DNA of 64,000 bases from Trichoplax adhaerens (Eukaryota; Animalia; Placozoa), in contig NW_002060957.1 in assembly GCF_000150275.1 (NCBI RefSeq), positions 248,001 through 312,000 of the forward strand. Direction: 5' to 3'. The position numbers and the translations under genes were made by a program. Each line of letters starts with the position of its first letter. Within the stretch, counting starts at the first letter, position 1. The notes under the pieces were generated by a model. The model was not told where the DNA came from. It did not search any database and saw only the letters and a list, made by a program, of their open reading frames with translations. Below are positions 25,001-37,285 of this stretch, piece after piece.

Positions 25001-27456
25001 GTTTCATCTGTAGTATAAAATAAGATTTAATTGAAATATTTGTAAAAGTTGTGAGAAAATCGCAAGCGAAGAGATTCTACCTCGCCTACTGATATTAGGA
25101 AATAAACCCGAAAACAGAACAGATGTGCTTTGACTGGTTCTATAATACTAGGATGCACATTTAAATTCGCTATCAACACGTCAGATTCGTTGAATACGGG
25201 CGCCAGTTTAGAGTAATTTCCTTGAATTAAAGCTAGCTAAGAATTTTGAAGGGAATAATTATTAGGAAAGCGTAGAAAATTTTCGGCGTAAATAATTTTT
25301 ATGTCGATATAGTATAGGACTATATGTGTGTATAAAACATAATCTATACCTGCGCAATTGTGGCAAGTATTTGTAGCCTAAAAATTTAATTAAGAGTTCA
25401 AAAATTAAGCTTTGGTGTTATTTATGATTGATGTCTGCTTATCAACACTAGCTGTCATTTTTTAATTGATTTAAGTATTAAAGAGTTGTGTACATCTAGA
25501 TATTACACTGTACAATAACTAGTGCATTGTTAAATATATAACAATTTAGTTATTAAGTCGAACCTGACAACCCCATTTTGGTAGAAATACGATATACCAT
25601 CTTGCAGTATATTGAAAGCTCTATCAAAAGCGCCTTTTACATAGTATATACCCTAAAATAATAGCAATTGGACTTTAAGAAAATGATGTTGTTGACTTGA
25701 TGTGCTGAAGTATTAATTTATTAACTAGAAAATAGAATAGCAAAAGGCCATAAAGATTTCTGTGACATTGAAAAGTATTTACAGACGTTAACTAATCTAT
25801 TGCTTAAACGTTTCGCTTTTTCGTAATAAACAAAAATGTCTATCTATTTCTATTTTACACTATCGATCTCATAAATTGTTACTCACAACTAATTTAAATA
25901 TAACTCGATGATGCCAACGAGGATAGGTTCTTGTAAATTCTCTTATTCTTAAAAGCAAGTGTAGCGCATTGTCTAGCTGTTTCTGAAGGTATTAGTAAAC
26001 ATTGAATTTAGCAAGAATTACCTCGCTTTATCAATTAAAACAAACATTCAGTTCACATATAACTTCATAATTTGTTTCGTTACTTTACCATAGATTGGTA
26101 TTCTTCGGCAAGAAGGAAGGATAATTCTATTCTCATTTCGCTATTATCAGCAGACTAAAATTCAGAAATGGTTTAATATTAACAGGAAATAAATATATAG
26201 CGGTTAAAAAATTACAGTAGAGAAAGTTTAGTACTTCGTCTAAAGGAATCAAGAAGAAGATTATATATGTACAAGGTTTCTTTGTTAATGATACTACGAT
26301 GTTAGATTATAGCATTTTTATCAATTGTAATACTTCAGTTCGAAATTTGTACATTATCTATAGTATGGCTAAAATAACTTATTTTTTTGTCAATAGAAAC
26401 AAGCAGGTTATAGACCTGTCAATCAGACACTAGTAAAGTAAGGCGATACAGTATAAACTGTTGATAGGGCTTTTATATACGTATGGTGAACAAGGCAATG
26501 GTTAACAACATTATATGCGGCTGTGGTATTTTTTAAAGTATAAGTAAAGAATTCAGAGAAAGCTTCATTGGATATCGAATCTTCATATGAGTATTTCAAG
26601 AGTAAATTCGGTGGTATCAGTTATAATACAGCAACACCGTTGAGGATATTCCCATGACGTATGTATTATATTGCGCTACAGTGAGCAGTTGTAATAAGTA
26701 AGAATCTTGTGAAGCAAGAAGTAGCAGCTCGATATGAATAAAACGTCTAAGGACTAAATAATATCATTTCACTAAGAGAATAGACTTGCAGTATCCTACA
26801 TTGTGTAGACTTTGTTGCTTGTTGATGAAAGGTATCAAGACTAATAAACCTTGATCTGGAGAAAGTAAGTTATCATGAAGGTGAAATAAACGTATATCCA
26901 TCCCTAGCAACATACTACACAGTGTTAATCGTGATTAAGCATGGTGACTATACAATAACATAGAAAGTTGATCGTGTCCATCAGCAGCAAAAATATTAAA
27001 CGTTACTAGTGAATCTTAGAATATGTTTCTATGAAGGTAATGGTTAAAGGCAAGTGTACGTGGTAATGTCTGTTGGATTGAAGGCTAAGTCAGTTTACCT
27101 TGTCGCATTCTGTAACCTATGAATGAATATATGACAAAAAAATTAGGCTGTATTAAGATCATTATCGGATAGATAATAGCTGAAGACAGAACTGGTGAGA
27201 CTAAACTGCTTACCCCTTGATAAAAATAAGAAATCATTTCATTTCTATTGGAAGTATATTTTGCATAAATTTTGCCAAGTTGAAGGCATGCCTTGATACG
27301 ATAATACGACGGTAATTTGTACTTCAAGACAGCAGTCAGAGCACGAATAGCCAGGAGAATTTCAGGAGGATCAGATTGAATACTATAATCTGCCAGGGTG
27401 AATAATACCTGGTAATAATAATTATTATTATCCAGTTTTGGCAATTGGACAGCCAT
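22054..27456 (-). CDS. MAU2: MAU2 / Scc4 cohesin loading factor, multi-exon
   Basis: Exon 1 (27214-27456) reads YYQVLFTLADYSIQSDPPEILLAIRALTAVLKYKLPSYYRIKACLQLGKIY, matching the MAU2 N-terminus. Later exons read MRIELSFLLAEEYQ, YPRWHHRVIFKLV and ESLDVATSALQIARNI. The predicted end is NVVQWTD* (cf. human LITWTD), with the stop at 22054-22056. Confidence 0.88.
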
Positions 27457-28502
27457 CTTGTAAAAGGCAGTTGGAAGCGGTAAACTAGTGGATGAATTTG
27501 CTTTGTAACAGATTCTTAACAAATAGACGGATCAACTTTGAAAAGTTCAAAACAGGCTTTTCCTTCAAGTTTCAATCTTGTTTAATTATGGATTGAACTT
27601 GTATTAATATGTTGTTTGTATATATTATATCCTTGGTTCCAACGTTCACAATGGTTGTATCATCGTTGGTATCTCAGTATGGGATTGACGAGTAATGCTT
27701 GCATCAGTAAATAGTATCCATGACCCTATTTCACTTTCTGCAAGTCTGATCTGATCTCAATATGAATCTACTCGTAGCGTCGTTGTATAGTCTTCAAATT
27801 TGTAAATGGAAGGAAGATTTCTTTCAATATCCTTATGGAAAGTCTATAAAGTCATTTGGAATGGGACCAACGCCAGCACAATATCCATCGACATGGCAAC
27901 GATGAAGATTCAGGAACTGCGTGAATAGGAAGAGTCAGCCGCCAGCCGTATCGTGGCGCTCATGGGTATCGATTTTTGAATGGTATCGAAACATCGGACA
28001 GACTGACCGAAGGCCTAAGTCTGCGATGGACTAGTATCATCAGTTCTACACTCTACTGTACAGTGTACAGTAGGGTCTCAGTGTGTGTTTATGCTACAAT
28101 AGTGATGAGCCATACAGTACAGTAGTCTGTACTTGGACTTTTACTTTTGAGAACATAAATGTGCGTGCATATTGCCTCTTAGCATTATTACTCTGCATCA
28201 AAGTAAGGAACTGTGCAGGATTGGATATAAACAGTCAATGCCTTAAGCTCAATGGTGTAGGTATAGTAGGGAGATTAGGGCTTGAGAGACCTCCATTATT
28301 CTGTAAATATATACACTATATTATACAGTAGTTGTGTTTTTCACTTTCAGTCTTTACCCTTTCTTGTCCTGTTTGCTATGTAAAATCAGCCTATCGACAG
28401 TACTGTAAACTATAAACTGTCAAGGTGAATTGTAGAGTTCTGTCTATGTACAGTATAATATTATCTCGCGGCAGCTTCTTTGTCTCCTTGCTGAGTTTGT
28501 GC

Positions 28503-28537
28503 TCTGTTATATCGCTGCATAACAGCGATATAACAGA
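28503..28537. repeat. Perfect 15-bp inverted repeat with 5-nt loop
   Basis: TCTGTTATATCGCTG-CATAA-CAGCGATATAACAGA. Confidence 0.9.
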
Positions 28538-28721
28538 TTCGTCCCTAATTTATGAATAGTCATGAACTACAAGTCCATGACTGCATTCGACTGGCAGTTT
28601 TTGTGATCGCTGTTTATCGTTGTACACAGTACAGTACTGTACTGTATACAGTGTATAGTACTGTAGTATTAACTTGAGAGTGTGTACAGTACTGTACAGT
28701 ACAGAACATGTACAGTACGCT

Positions 28722-28895
28722 GACTCAAAAGATAAAACCTTGACTGTGGACACCCCCTCGGATGGACGGACTTTTCATACCAGATAAGGCGATCAATGTC
28801 GAAAAAATAGTTCCAGTACTCATAGTTAGTACTGTACACTGTACAGTACTAACTACTGTACTGAAGATCTTCCGTGTCTGTTTGGAAATGACTCG
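28722..28895 (+). mobile_element. Partial copy of the MITE-like element found at 40129-40530
   Basis: GACGGACTTTTC...GAT..G.C...AATGTCGAAAAA(A)TAGTT...GATCTTCC.T.TCTGTTT..AAAT.A.TCG is collinear with 40227-40314. AAAACCTTGACTGTGGACACCCCCTCGGATGGACGGAC matches the reverse complement of 40478-40514. Confidence 0.6.
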
Positions 28896-28960
28896 TCCAG
28901 TACTGTACAGTACAGTATGTGTACTACTACAGTACCGTACTGTACTGGAATGCGCGAGCA

Positions 28961-28979
28961 TGACATCAAATTGACGTCA
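28961..28979. promoter_or_regulatory. CRE/ATF palindrome TGACGTCA (28972-28979) with adjacent near-CRE TGACATCA (28961-28968)
   Basis: Exact motif match, mid-way in the divergent MAU2/hnRNP K interval. Function not demonstrated. Confidence 0.3.
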
Positions 28980-30634
28980 TGCGTAGAGTACTGTACTGTA
29001 CTGTACATTGTGTCACGTACTGTATACTGTACTGTACTGTCAGTCGGTCATACAGTACAGTACAATGCAGTATTTTGGATGTACTGTAGCGATAAAAGAA
29101 GACTAAGTAGAGCATAGTAACAGGCTATGCAATACAGTACTGCAGTACTGCACAAATGTACAATAAATAGCACTTACACTATTAAAGTCATTTACAGAAA
29201 ATCATGTATGGCACAATTTGTCGATCCAGTTTGGACAGAACTCTGTCCTTCCAATGCACTGTGCCAGACTTCATTCTTAGCGACGGTACCCAAATTCCGG
29301 AGGTAGCCAATGGGTACCAGGATGGAATCTGGTACAGTACACTGTACTGTGATCGTGGAGTACAGTATGTGGTACTGTAAGACCGTACTGTACTACTGTA
29401 CACGTGACTGCTTTCACAATGCCATTTTTCTCTTACCAATCCCTGATACTGTAGTCTATAGCGTGCGCTGTACAGTAGTGGACAGTAGACTACAGCCATA
29501 CAGTAGGAGTGCAACTCATTTGACAGCGTTAGTTCAATTGGCAGTTCTGTCCTCATCTTTGTGCGCCTGCCATTTTTCAAAGGAAAATCAGTGAAATTTT
29601 TCTCTTTTTCATGTAAGTTTCTCCTTTTTCTTCCATTTTATAGCTTATGGTAGAGCAAGATTAGCTTGTATTGCACCAATTGTTTAAGAAAGAGAATTCA
29701 TTTCTTGCCTGTGATCAAGAAAATGACCGTCAGTATCGTAGAATATGGACACATTAAACGTCCATGTGATCCCTTTGAATAAAGAAAAAGATTCACTAGC
29801 GATCCTTTTGCACAAACTGGCGATGATATAGTTCACTCCATTCGTGGACAATTTTGCCCCAAGTTGAATAGCGTTGGACTTTCTTAACCCTGCAGTACTA
29901 TTCTATAGTGGGTAGTAACAACTTAGTGCCAATGGATTCTATTTTAACGAGCAGTTGGATGCACGTTTTATCGACGCAATCATTTTTCGGCAAGTCAACT
30001 AAACATCGCTGTGCTACGGTAGATCAACTGCCAGACGTGATAATCCAAGCACTGTGCAGTTGGAGTACTTGTACTTGACTAAAAGATTGCATACAATCAT
30101 AATCATCCTTTGATGGATGGAATATAGGCATGTAGGAAACAGGAAGTAGTGGAATATTCTGCTCGACAGCTTTTGATACAAGAATGCAGTAGAAAAGATA
30201 TATTTTAAGCTGAACTGCACACAATCTGGCAAAAGCAAAAGTATACTGTACATCGATACAGATGGATCCATACATAGTTAGTTAACCACAGTTCTTACAT
30301 TTGTTGATAAATTCCATTGGCGACATACTACGCTAAGGAACATCACATAACAAGAAATTGACTTGCAAAGAGGAAAGAATATGTCAGTCGTAGTCATGGA
30401 TTGAATTCTAGCAGTAGCCAGTCAATGACCATCGCTCCCTAGAATGATAGACGTCAACAAATACTAGTCGCTAATGTATAACCACGATAAGATCAAGAGC
30501 GGAACTCTTAGGCTCTTCACTATTGGAAATAAAATTGTACAATAGTAGATATACAATATCCACCTAATCTTCTGTAATATTAGTCTTCTTATGAAATTTA
30601 TAGCTCGTTAAAGTAAAAGCCGAAAATTTTCTAT

Positions 30635-33600
30635 ATGGCCGATGTTGGTCCTGGTGGTGGAATGGAAAGAGACGACGGTGACGACGGTAATTATAACAAG
30701 ATAAATAATATTACAGTACAGTAATCGCGTATAGATAGATGCCATCATGTTCAACGTTTTCACATGTTAAATACTACAGTTGTACTGTACATCTACTCAA
30801 TACCGGTTGGACAGTATGCGCTCTTTGATCGAGAAATGTACTCGTATACGCGTATTGTTAGTGTTTGACGAAAGTCAATTTAATCTCATCTATCATAAGT
30901 GTTGATTGTAGAATAGCTTGGTAGTCAATTTATAATTAATACCATACTTTCGTACAGATTTATGTCCAATTTTCATGTTAGAAACATTTGGACAACGTTC
31001 ATACATGTTTATATATTAGACTAATTTACTACATTTTCTATGCAGGAGGTCGCGGTGAACAATTAAAACGCTCAGCTGATATTGATAACTATGATGAAGC
31101 GAAGAATAAGAGGGCTAAAACAGATGATTCCGATGTGGAAATTAGCGCCAGAGTTTTAATCCAGAGTCGGGTTAGTCGATTATGCTTTAATTGACGGATT
31201 AATGAATAAAAATCGTCTCCATTTTGAAGCGAATCGCTTTCGCATCATGTGATGAAATTTTGTTTTAAAATAATAACAATAAATTACATAGTTTAAGCGA
31301 AATAAATATCTTGTAAATTGCATAGTAGCTATTGTCATTCAGTTATGTCCCGCGAAATTGAAATTACTATCGCTTGCATTAGTGACAATTGCCGGCACTA
31401 GGACTTACTAGACTTACAAATTGCTGCATCATATGACATTGCTAATACCATCAGTAGCTAAAGAGTACAAACAAATCTTCAATTCAGTAGAGTGTAGCAA
31501 GGTCTATAGATTGTCTGCGTAAAAATACGCCTATAGTATACTTTCGCTATTCGTCTTACTGTAATTCTTTTTTTACATTGAAATATCGTTTATTGTTTCA
31601 CTTATATATTATAATTCAGCTTGATTTGATATTTTTATCTGTGAAACTTTGACGTTTTACAGAGACGTTCATTACAATAACCATAATATGATACTGTACG
31701 TACAGTATGTAGCTTTTAATCATAGATTATACTGACCTCTTCAGTTTGCAAAAATTGTTTTCACTTTCAACTCTACTTTCTAACTTGTAATGGATAGTTA
31801 GTACTATGCAGCACTTTGCTATGACTCTGTGATGGTAAGGTAAAGCAGCATCCAATATTTACTTATTGATTATCCGTATTTATCATTTATGATTTAATTA
31901 CTGTGATCATCTCAAGTATGTATAGAGATATGTAACTGTTACTTTTTACGTAAGTTAAGTTCGCCTTACGAATGTAGTGAGTGATTGTTAATCTTAATTA
32001 ATAACGTGTCGATAATACTTAATATGTTATTTCGTTTAGGATGCTGGCGGGATTATTGGCAAGGTACGTAAATTAAGAAAGACTGGAATATTATGCCCAT
32101 TGTGCTAATAGATATTTGCACAAAGCCATGGAATTATATGGCTATTCACTGGGATGATTGCTAGCATTTTCGTTATAAATAACTTGCAGCCGTAAAATCT
32201 TGGAAGAAATTCGGCGCTTTAATGCTATAGAGAAAATTGCTGACGTAATATATTCTTGGCTAACTCAGATGCTTATTAATTACCGTATACATTCCATATA
32301 TAGGGTGGTCTGACTATTAAACGTCTTCGTAGTGAGGTTAGTTAACTGTAGATAAATATATTTTCGTGTTTGCTCATTGCTCTTTCAAGATAGATAAATC
32401 TGTCCTAACTGATTCTTCCTAATGCCAACAATCTCCACCCTAACAGATAAAAGTAGTCTGTGTAATTAGTTATATTCGTTATTTGGAGACTTATGATGGC
32501 TAAGCTTCTACTATAGTCGTGATGATATCCAGTTTTGATATCCCTTACTGGTATTGTTTTGTATTGTCAGTGATACTTCTCATTTACGTGATTGCATTAC
32601 TTTATAATGATTCTAATATTAACAGTCGCTGGCATTGTACTCTCTTGAAGTATATTGTTTCATAACCTTAGAATTTAGGTCCTTGCGCTTTGTGAGCATC
32701 ATGGGCTTAATAATTTTCAGTATAAATTTTAAAAATTACTTTACTCAGTGCACTTGTGAGTTGTGACTGCTTGATGACGTATTTCATCTGTAGTACTCTA
32801 CTTTATGTAAGTAAATTTATACCTCACTTAAAGCTATACTTGTTAAATTCAATATTTTTCACTGTACAGTATGTTAAAATTAAAAAAAATTTTATGTATT
32901 CGAAAGTTTGCTCTATATTCCCCATATTGGAATCCTATTCTATCGTAGTACTGTCCTCACCCTAGAATTATGCTAGATATTATCCGAATCTTAATCCTAT
33001 GTTAACCTGTCCTATTCCAGTATAATGCTGTGGTATCAGTGCCCGAATCACATTCCACCGAGCGGTATGTCCCTATCTCCTTCCACTCTAATGTCATTGG
33101 TTATATGGTTTAAATTTATTTATGCTAAGCGATTTACTTTGTATAATTATGTTTATAAGTTAATAAATATAGCAATGTAGACTACAAACAAGGATGTTCT
33201 TGAAAGTGATATAAAAGACGATTTTTCATTGCTGCCAAAAATTTACAACCTATTCGACCAGTACCAGTAATAGCATTGGAAAATGCCCTTAAAGCCTCTT
33301 GTAGCAATTTTCCTATACGTTAGACTACTATCGATCTTGTTCAATACGTTACTTTTATACAGATATTTGAGAACCTGTATCGAAATATAAGTGTTATCTA
33401 CGGATACTTAGTCATATTTAATTTGCAAGGTATAACATTAACATATATTTTTATCTTTTATTTTAGAATATTGACAATCAAGGCTGGTTTAAAGAATGTA
33501 TTGTCTATATTTCATGAAGTTATCCCGAAACTTGGCGATGTATGAACATTAATTATGGCTTTGTTTCAATGGAGAAATATTAATGTTGTATTTTTTATTA

Positions 33601-35436
33601 ACATCAATCAACAGTATCGTGATCGCCCTGCTGATTCGGATAATTATCAGACAGAGGTCAATTTATTAGTACAGCAATCGCAAGTTGGTGGTATTATTGG
33701 TCGTGCTGGCTTTAAAATTAAAGAATTACGCCAGGTTAGTGTTGCAACTTCGTCGATTGTTTCGGTTGTATAGATTGACCTTGGGTAAATAATCAAATCT
33801 TGCAAGCACTAATTATTGTATTATTGTGTAGGAAACAAATGCTGGTATCAAGGTAAAATTATGAGATACCTTTTCTAAAGCTAGGTCGACGTTTTTAGAG
33901 ACCATGGCATTTTTTGCTTAAATCAGTTCTTGCAATCATAGATATTTGCAGATACAATGCCGCGTTCAACCGAAAGAGTTGTCTCTATTACAGGTATGAT
34001 TATAACGAATGTTATGTAATAATTGTACGCACACAGACATTGGCGTCCTATATTGCTAACGTAAGGTGGATTAAATTTTAGGTACTCCAGCTACGATTGT
34101 GAAAGCTATTCAGTCTATTTTGGAAATTCTTTTAGAGGTAATTTGAGAAGTTTGAATACCGTAATTTGGAAAATATTCTTACTGTAGATTATTTTATTTC
34201 GCTTATGAAATTAGTCGCCACCCAAGGGGCGCGTAGATCTTTATGATCCTGATAATAATTTATCACGAGGAGGTAGCAATTATCGAGATAATCGTTACCG
34301 TGATAATCAAATGCCACCAGCTAGTAGTAGTCGTGGATCGGATTGGCGATCTGAAGGCGATTATGATCGCCCTTACGACTACCCAAGAGGCCGAGGCAGA
34401 GATTACGATCGTGACAGCCGCAGTGGACCAGCCCGAAGGGGACGTCCACAATCAAATTGGGATTCTGATCCAAGATACCCTAATTACAGACGAGAACCTT
34501 CAAGTAGATATCCACCTATATCAGGTAGTCCTGAACATGGTCGACGTTATCCTAGGGATGATAGGGGTTATGAACGCGATTACGAACCAAGAGATAGACC
34601 GTTTTATGGAAGGGATTTTCAGGACTCCCCTCATCAACCACCGATGGATTATGGGCACGAGCCAGTTTCGGTAAGACCTTGTAGTGTACTATGGACGCCA
34701 TTAACTTCTCAAAGTCTGCGCGGTTACATTAACATTGGCTGAATGCATATTTGTTGCATGCAATTGTAATTTATGCTTGATGGTCTATTTTTAATAGCAT
34801 CAGCCAAAAGAACCAGCAGAAAGGCCAGTGTATGGAGGTATGTAACTTTACTATGAACTGTACAATTAATACTTGCATTTGAGGTATGATACTGACTTCT
34901 TTATCTGCTCATATTAAAGGCGATAGTCGTCGACAAGAGAAAGGACCAGCGACAGTACAAGTATCTATACCTAAAGATGTAAGAGATAACTTCCATGCTA
35001 AACTTTCAATTACCTTTATTGACTCGTAATTTCGATAAATAGTTAGCAGGTTCTATAATTGGGAAAGGAGGTACCCGCATTCGTGATGTCAGGTATACTT
35101 AACTTTAAAATTTTACCACAAAAATTTTTATGAATTCATCCAGATATGTGTTGTGGTGTATTTATCACTAAAATCTCTAATTTGGGTCTTATTTAGAGAA
35201 AGGAGCGGAGCTATGATTAAGATTGATGATGCCAGACCTGGTGAAGATTATCGGGTAATCACTATTTCTGGCGGTAAAGATCAGATTGATGAAGCTCATG
35301 GTTTGTTACAAGATTGGTAGGTTCAATGAGCTGCGACAGTTCCTTTTTAGTAGTTATAGTAGTGGCCTTACGGAGGCTATGTACTCACGAAAAATCTAAT
35401 TTTAGTGTTAGGCAATATTCCGGGAAACAATTTTGA
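30635..35436 (+). CDS. HNRNPK: Heterogeneous nuclear ribonucleoprotein K (3 KH domains, RG/P-rich KI region)
   Basis: KH1: [46 protein letters not shown]. KH2: VNLLVQQSQVGGIIGRAGFKIKELRQ...PRSTERVV. Then SPPKGRVDLYDP, an RG-rich exon, KH3 QVSIPKDLAGSIIGKGGTRI, and C-terminal VRQYSGKQF* (TGA 35434-35436). Confidence 0.93.
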
Positions 35437-37285
35437 ATCTCCTATAAAACTGTTAAAGTTTCAGTTGCCCGATTAAGACTTCGAGAAATATCTAAAGATG
35501 GCGATAGTCTGATACCATGGCTTAATTATTCCTATTAAATTCCCTTTTTCGCCGTTACCTTTATAGAGTTGCGACTTTTGTGTTCAGGACAGATTTCATT
35601 TCGTCGCTTACATAACTGATTGTCTTCACATGTTGGTAAGCTAGGTTAAGGTTGGAGCCTCAAAGATCACTTAGATACTTGCTGACTGGCATCCTTCCCT
35701 GCTGTAGTTTCTATTTTTCTGTACAGTATATAATACATTACAGTAACAATTAATCGACATACTCTTTGTAAGTATGCTTGTGAAGAAATTAATTTATTAT
35801 TATGTATACGATCGACGATCGTCCTTTGCCCTTGAGTAGCTGATAAAGCTTTGTCTTGTATGTATCTTAATAGTGATATTATTGCATTGGAAATAAAGCG
35901 ATGAGTTTACAAACTATTGTTTGCTGTTATGTTTTCGCTAATAAAGACCTTAATACCGGCATTAGAGTTGTTGTAACGTACTTGCTAAGGTGTATTCATG
36001 CATGTCGGTGTTGCTGTTGAATTTTGTTATTATGGCATATTTAGCCTCATTTATAGTAGTGATTACAGTAATCTCTCTAATGGTACGTGGATGATTGTAG
36101 TAACAACCGCATCTATAAATTGAGAATGTCCTGTATTCAAGGTAGAGATCTTTCCTATATTTGGATAGAGTATCAGTAACGCTAAAGTATGCAAGCATAA
36201 TGATTAATCTCTTACTGTCTGATAGCAAGTACAAGTTTATGTGCGTGCCTACAGTATACGTAAAAAGAAATTGTAGCGGAAAGTAGATTCTCGATATAAT
36301 ACTATAGAACTAATTCCTTGCACCTCTTAATGAGACCGCCGTTACTTTCTACAGCGAATAGCTTTCACCGACGAATTACGGGTGCACGTTTACATTGTAA
36401 ATTAATTTACTTGTGTCAGAATAAGTATATTGCTTTCATAAATTCGATTCACGATTTATAACCTTGCTTAATTAAAGATATAACTTGTCTTGCATTAAGA
36501 TATTTTATTAGACATTCATATATATATACAAATCATTACAAATTACAGACAATGAGTTTACATTATACATCGTAAATATTTGAAATTTTATAACAATTAT
36601 ATATTATTATGCATACAGTATAACTCCAAATTCTGCGTGAGGCAAATAGTGTAAAATTTGCAGTTGCTCTGTTATAAAAATAATCTTCCGTACTCTATTT
36701 ATTTGTTTTAAATGCTGTAGTTGACAGTAAATATCTAACTGCACTCAGGGAGTGCCGGAGACGCATAGTACGCTATGTTGCATATTACATTATGATATAC
36801 TTTGTCAGGATGTACTATATATAATTTTGCCGTAGTTCTGTCATTGACAGGGACGGTTAATGACGGTGAAGTCAGACTTGTGTAGTTTTAAAGTATCAAA
36901 AATGAAGATTATGAAGATTATTAAAAATATGATATTACAAATCTATTTGGATCAAGATATAGCCTATTAATAATATGCATAATAAGTTACATACTGTAAC
37001 TATTAAATAGATACAAATAAAATAATCACAGTGACATGCATCTGCTGTACGGTTATATAGATTTTATCAACACGTATATCACTTTCTTAACGATAACATT
37101 ACAGTAATACTTGCGTTCTTGAATAATTACAGTACGAATTCTACTTCAAGCTAAACTGGAAATAGAATAGAAAATTTTGGATCTATCATGTAGAGAAAAT
37201 TCTAAATTTTAAAGCAATAAGTTTTCAGCACTGATGCAAGGATAATTTACTAAATGTAGTATTACTGATTTGTATTAGCGAATCG

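Larger units (their letters stand above)
28050..29500. repeat. Dense cluster of TA(CAG|CTG)TA units (putative Tc1/mariner excision footprints) in the MAU2/hnRNP K divergent interval
   Basis: Many overlapping TACAGTA, TACTGTA, TACAGTGTA and TACACTGTA, e.g. 28623-28715, 28830-28862, 28900-28947, 28989-29063 and 29333-29400. Confidence 0.75.

Noticed and set aside
28083-29594. Short ORFs rich in Y/C/T/V/L/S (also at 14293-14989)
   Set aside because: These are translation by-products of TACAGTA/TACTGTA chains, with no domain signal or splice structure.
32519-32620. Box C motif GTGATGA in an hnRNP K intron (possible snoRNA)
   Set aside because: No matching box D (CTGA) or terminal stem at a suitable distance.
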